Below, one piece after another: positions 38,501 through 39,785 of a DNA stretch of 39,785 bases. This DNA is from Peribolospora baueri (lineage: Eukaryota). Position numbers and translations under genes: made by a program. Under the pieces are notes generated by a model that worked only from the letters and a program-made list of their open reading frames with translations, did not search any database and was not told the origin of the DNA. Location: NCBI GenBank assembly GCA_029717555.1, contig JAMDHS010000131.1:1-39785 (forward strand). The letters run 5' to 3'. Positions within the stretch are counted from its first letter, which is position 1. Each line of letters begins with the position of its first letter.

Positions 38501-39720
38501 CGTCCGGCCGCCGACACGGTCGACCTAATAAGCCGCGGTTACGTAAGCGTCCGGAAGACGCCGGGGCGGGCGACTGCGCAGGCGCAGGAAGGCGATCGTC
38601 GAGGACGAGGGACGGGCGGCGGACGGGATGAGGGCACCTGTGTCGATTGTACCGATTGCCGTTGTCGTCGTCGGGTATCGATCGCATAGATGCGCAGGGC
38701 GCAGGGCGCGGTGGCCGCGGGCGCCAGTCCGTCGGTCGGCCGAAACCGGGCTGGCAGACGATGGATGACTAAGACGGGCGACTCAGGCTGGCGAGGGTCG
38801 TCTTCCACACCGCATAGCACGCGCCGGACTGGGACTGACACTGGTGTGTAAACTCTACGTCGGTAAAAGACCCGACCCGCTCGAGCGCTTGGCCTACTGC
38901 GCCCGTACGCTCGCTCTTCAAGATCCACTTGAATCTTCTCCTCCTTTGAATATCCACCCGAGCTCGCTTGCAGACGGCGCCACCCTGTCGTCGGAACCGA
39001 GCGCTCGTGCGACCGACCCCGAACCCAACCCTCCAACCCTCCATGACAGGACGGAGGGGGCCACGTGGCGGCAAGCGAGCGAGCGGCGGGGCGAAGAAGA
39101 AGAAGGAAAAAAGAAAGAAAAAAAATCTTGCGCATCGGCGAGGCGCCGAATCGGAAAGCAGGCTCGTTCGGGTGGTGCCGGTCGGTCGGGGTCGGATGGT
39201 CAGTCAGGCCGTGTCTGGTTGGTCGGTTGGTTAATTGACGTACTCGGACAGCAGGTTTTGGTTCAGGAGCCAACGACATGCCTCCGGCCATGCCATGCCA
39301 TGCCATGCATGATCCATCCATCGATCGATGGATCAGCTTGCAAGACTTGCTTGCCCGTCTAGTGCGATCGCTTCGCTGGATTGAGCAAGCAAGCAAAGTT
39401 TAGTTACGCCGTCCGCCCGCCGCGCTTGGACCGAGTCTCGCCTCGCCTTGCCTTGCCTTGCCCCTGCCCAGTCCAGCCCAGCCCAGCCCAGCCCTTGTCC
39501 CGCCTTGTCCTTGTCCTTGCCCTGCCCTCCGCTGGTCCATCCCTCCTCCCTGGGCCCAGGGCGCTTCGAAGTTTTTCCTTTCTCGGAAGCGCGCTGCCCG
39601 GCGCGACGGACGGACGGACGGACGGACCGGCGAAGCTGACTCGCACCGTCTCGTCATCCATCCTGACCTTGACCTGACCGACGGCCCGATCACGAGCTTT
39701 TTCCCGTTTCGTCCGAGAGC

Positions 39721-39733
39721 GTCTTTCTTTCTT

Positions 39734-39785
<52 letters not shown>
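39721..39785. repeat. (CTTT)n / poly-T tract at the window end
   Basis: Read directly; may mark a contig break. Confidence 0.9.

Overview
GC-rich, intron-rich, microsatellite-rich eukaryotic DNA, almost certainly fungal. The gene set and intron style suggest a basidiomycete, possibly Pucciniomycotina (inference). Most ORF-track entries are antisense or out-of-frame shadows, so I built gene models by hand from GT-AG introns. In order, the window holds: a secreted expansin-like DPBB protein, a 6-exon CipC/DUF3759 gene, SDH2, NADPH oxidase NoxA, an orphan 7TM GPCR-like gene, a Vac1/Pep7 (rabenosyn-like) FYVE gene, a HAL-family kinase, a TRIC-like membrane protein with a 7-nt microexon, UDP-galactopyranose mutase and an HP1/Swi6 gene. 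About 5 kb of gene-poor, SSR-rich DNA ends the window. I found no convincing novel multi-gene system. The most unusual stretch is ~12.1-13.5 kb, a patchwork of Ty3/gypsy gag, RNase H and inverted RT fragments next to a CCA-ending 3' half of a tRNA-Ser. All family assignments come from motif recognition by eye, not database searches.
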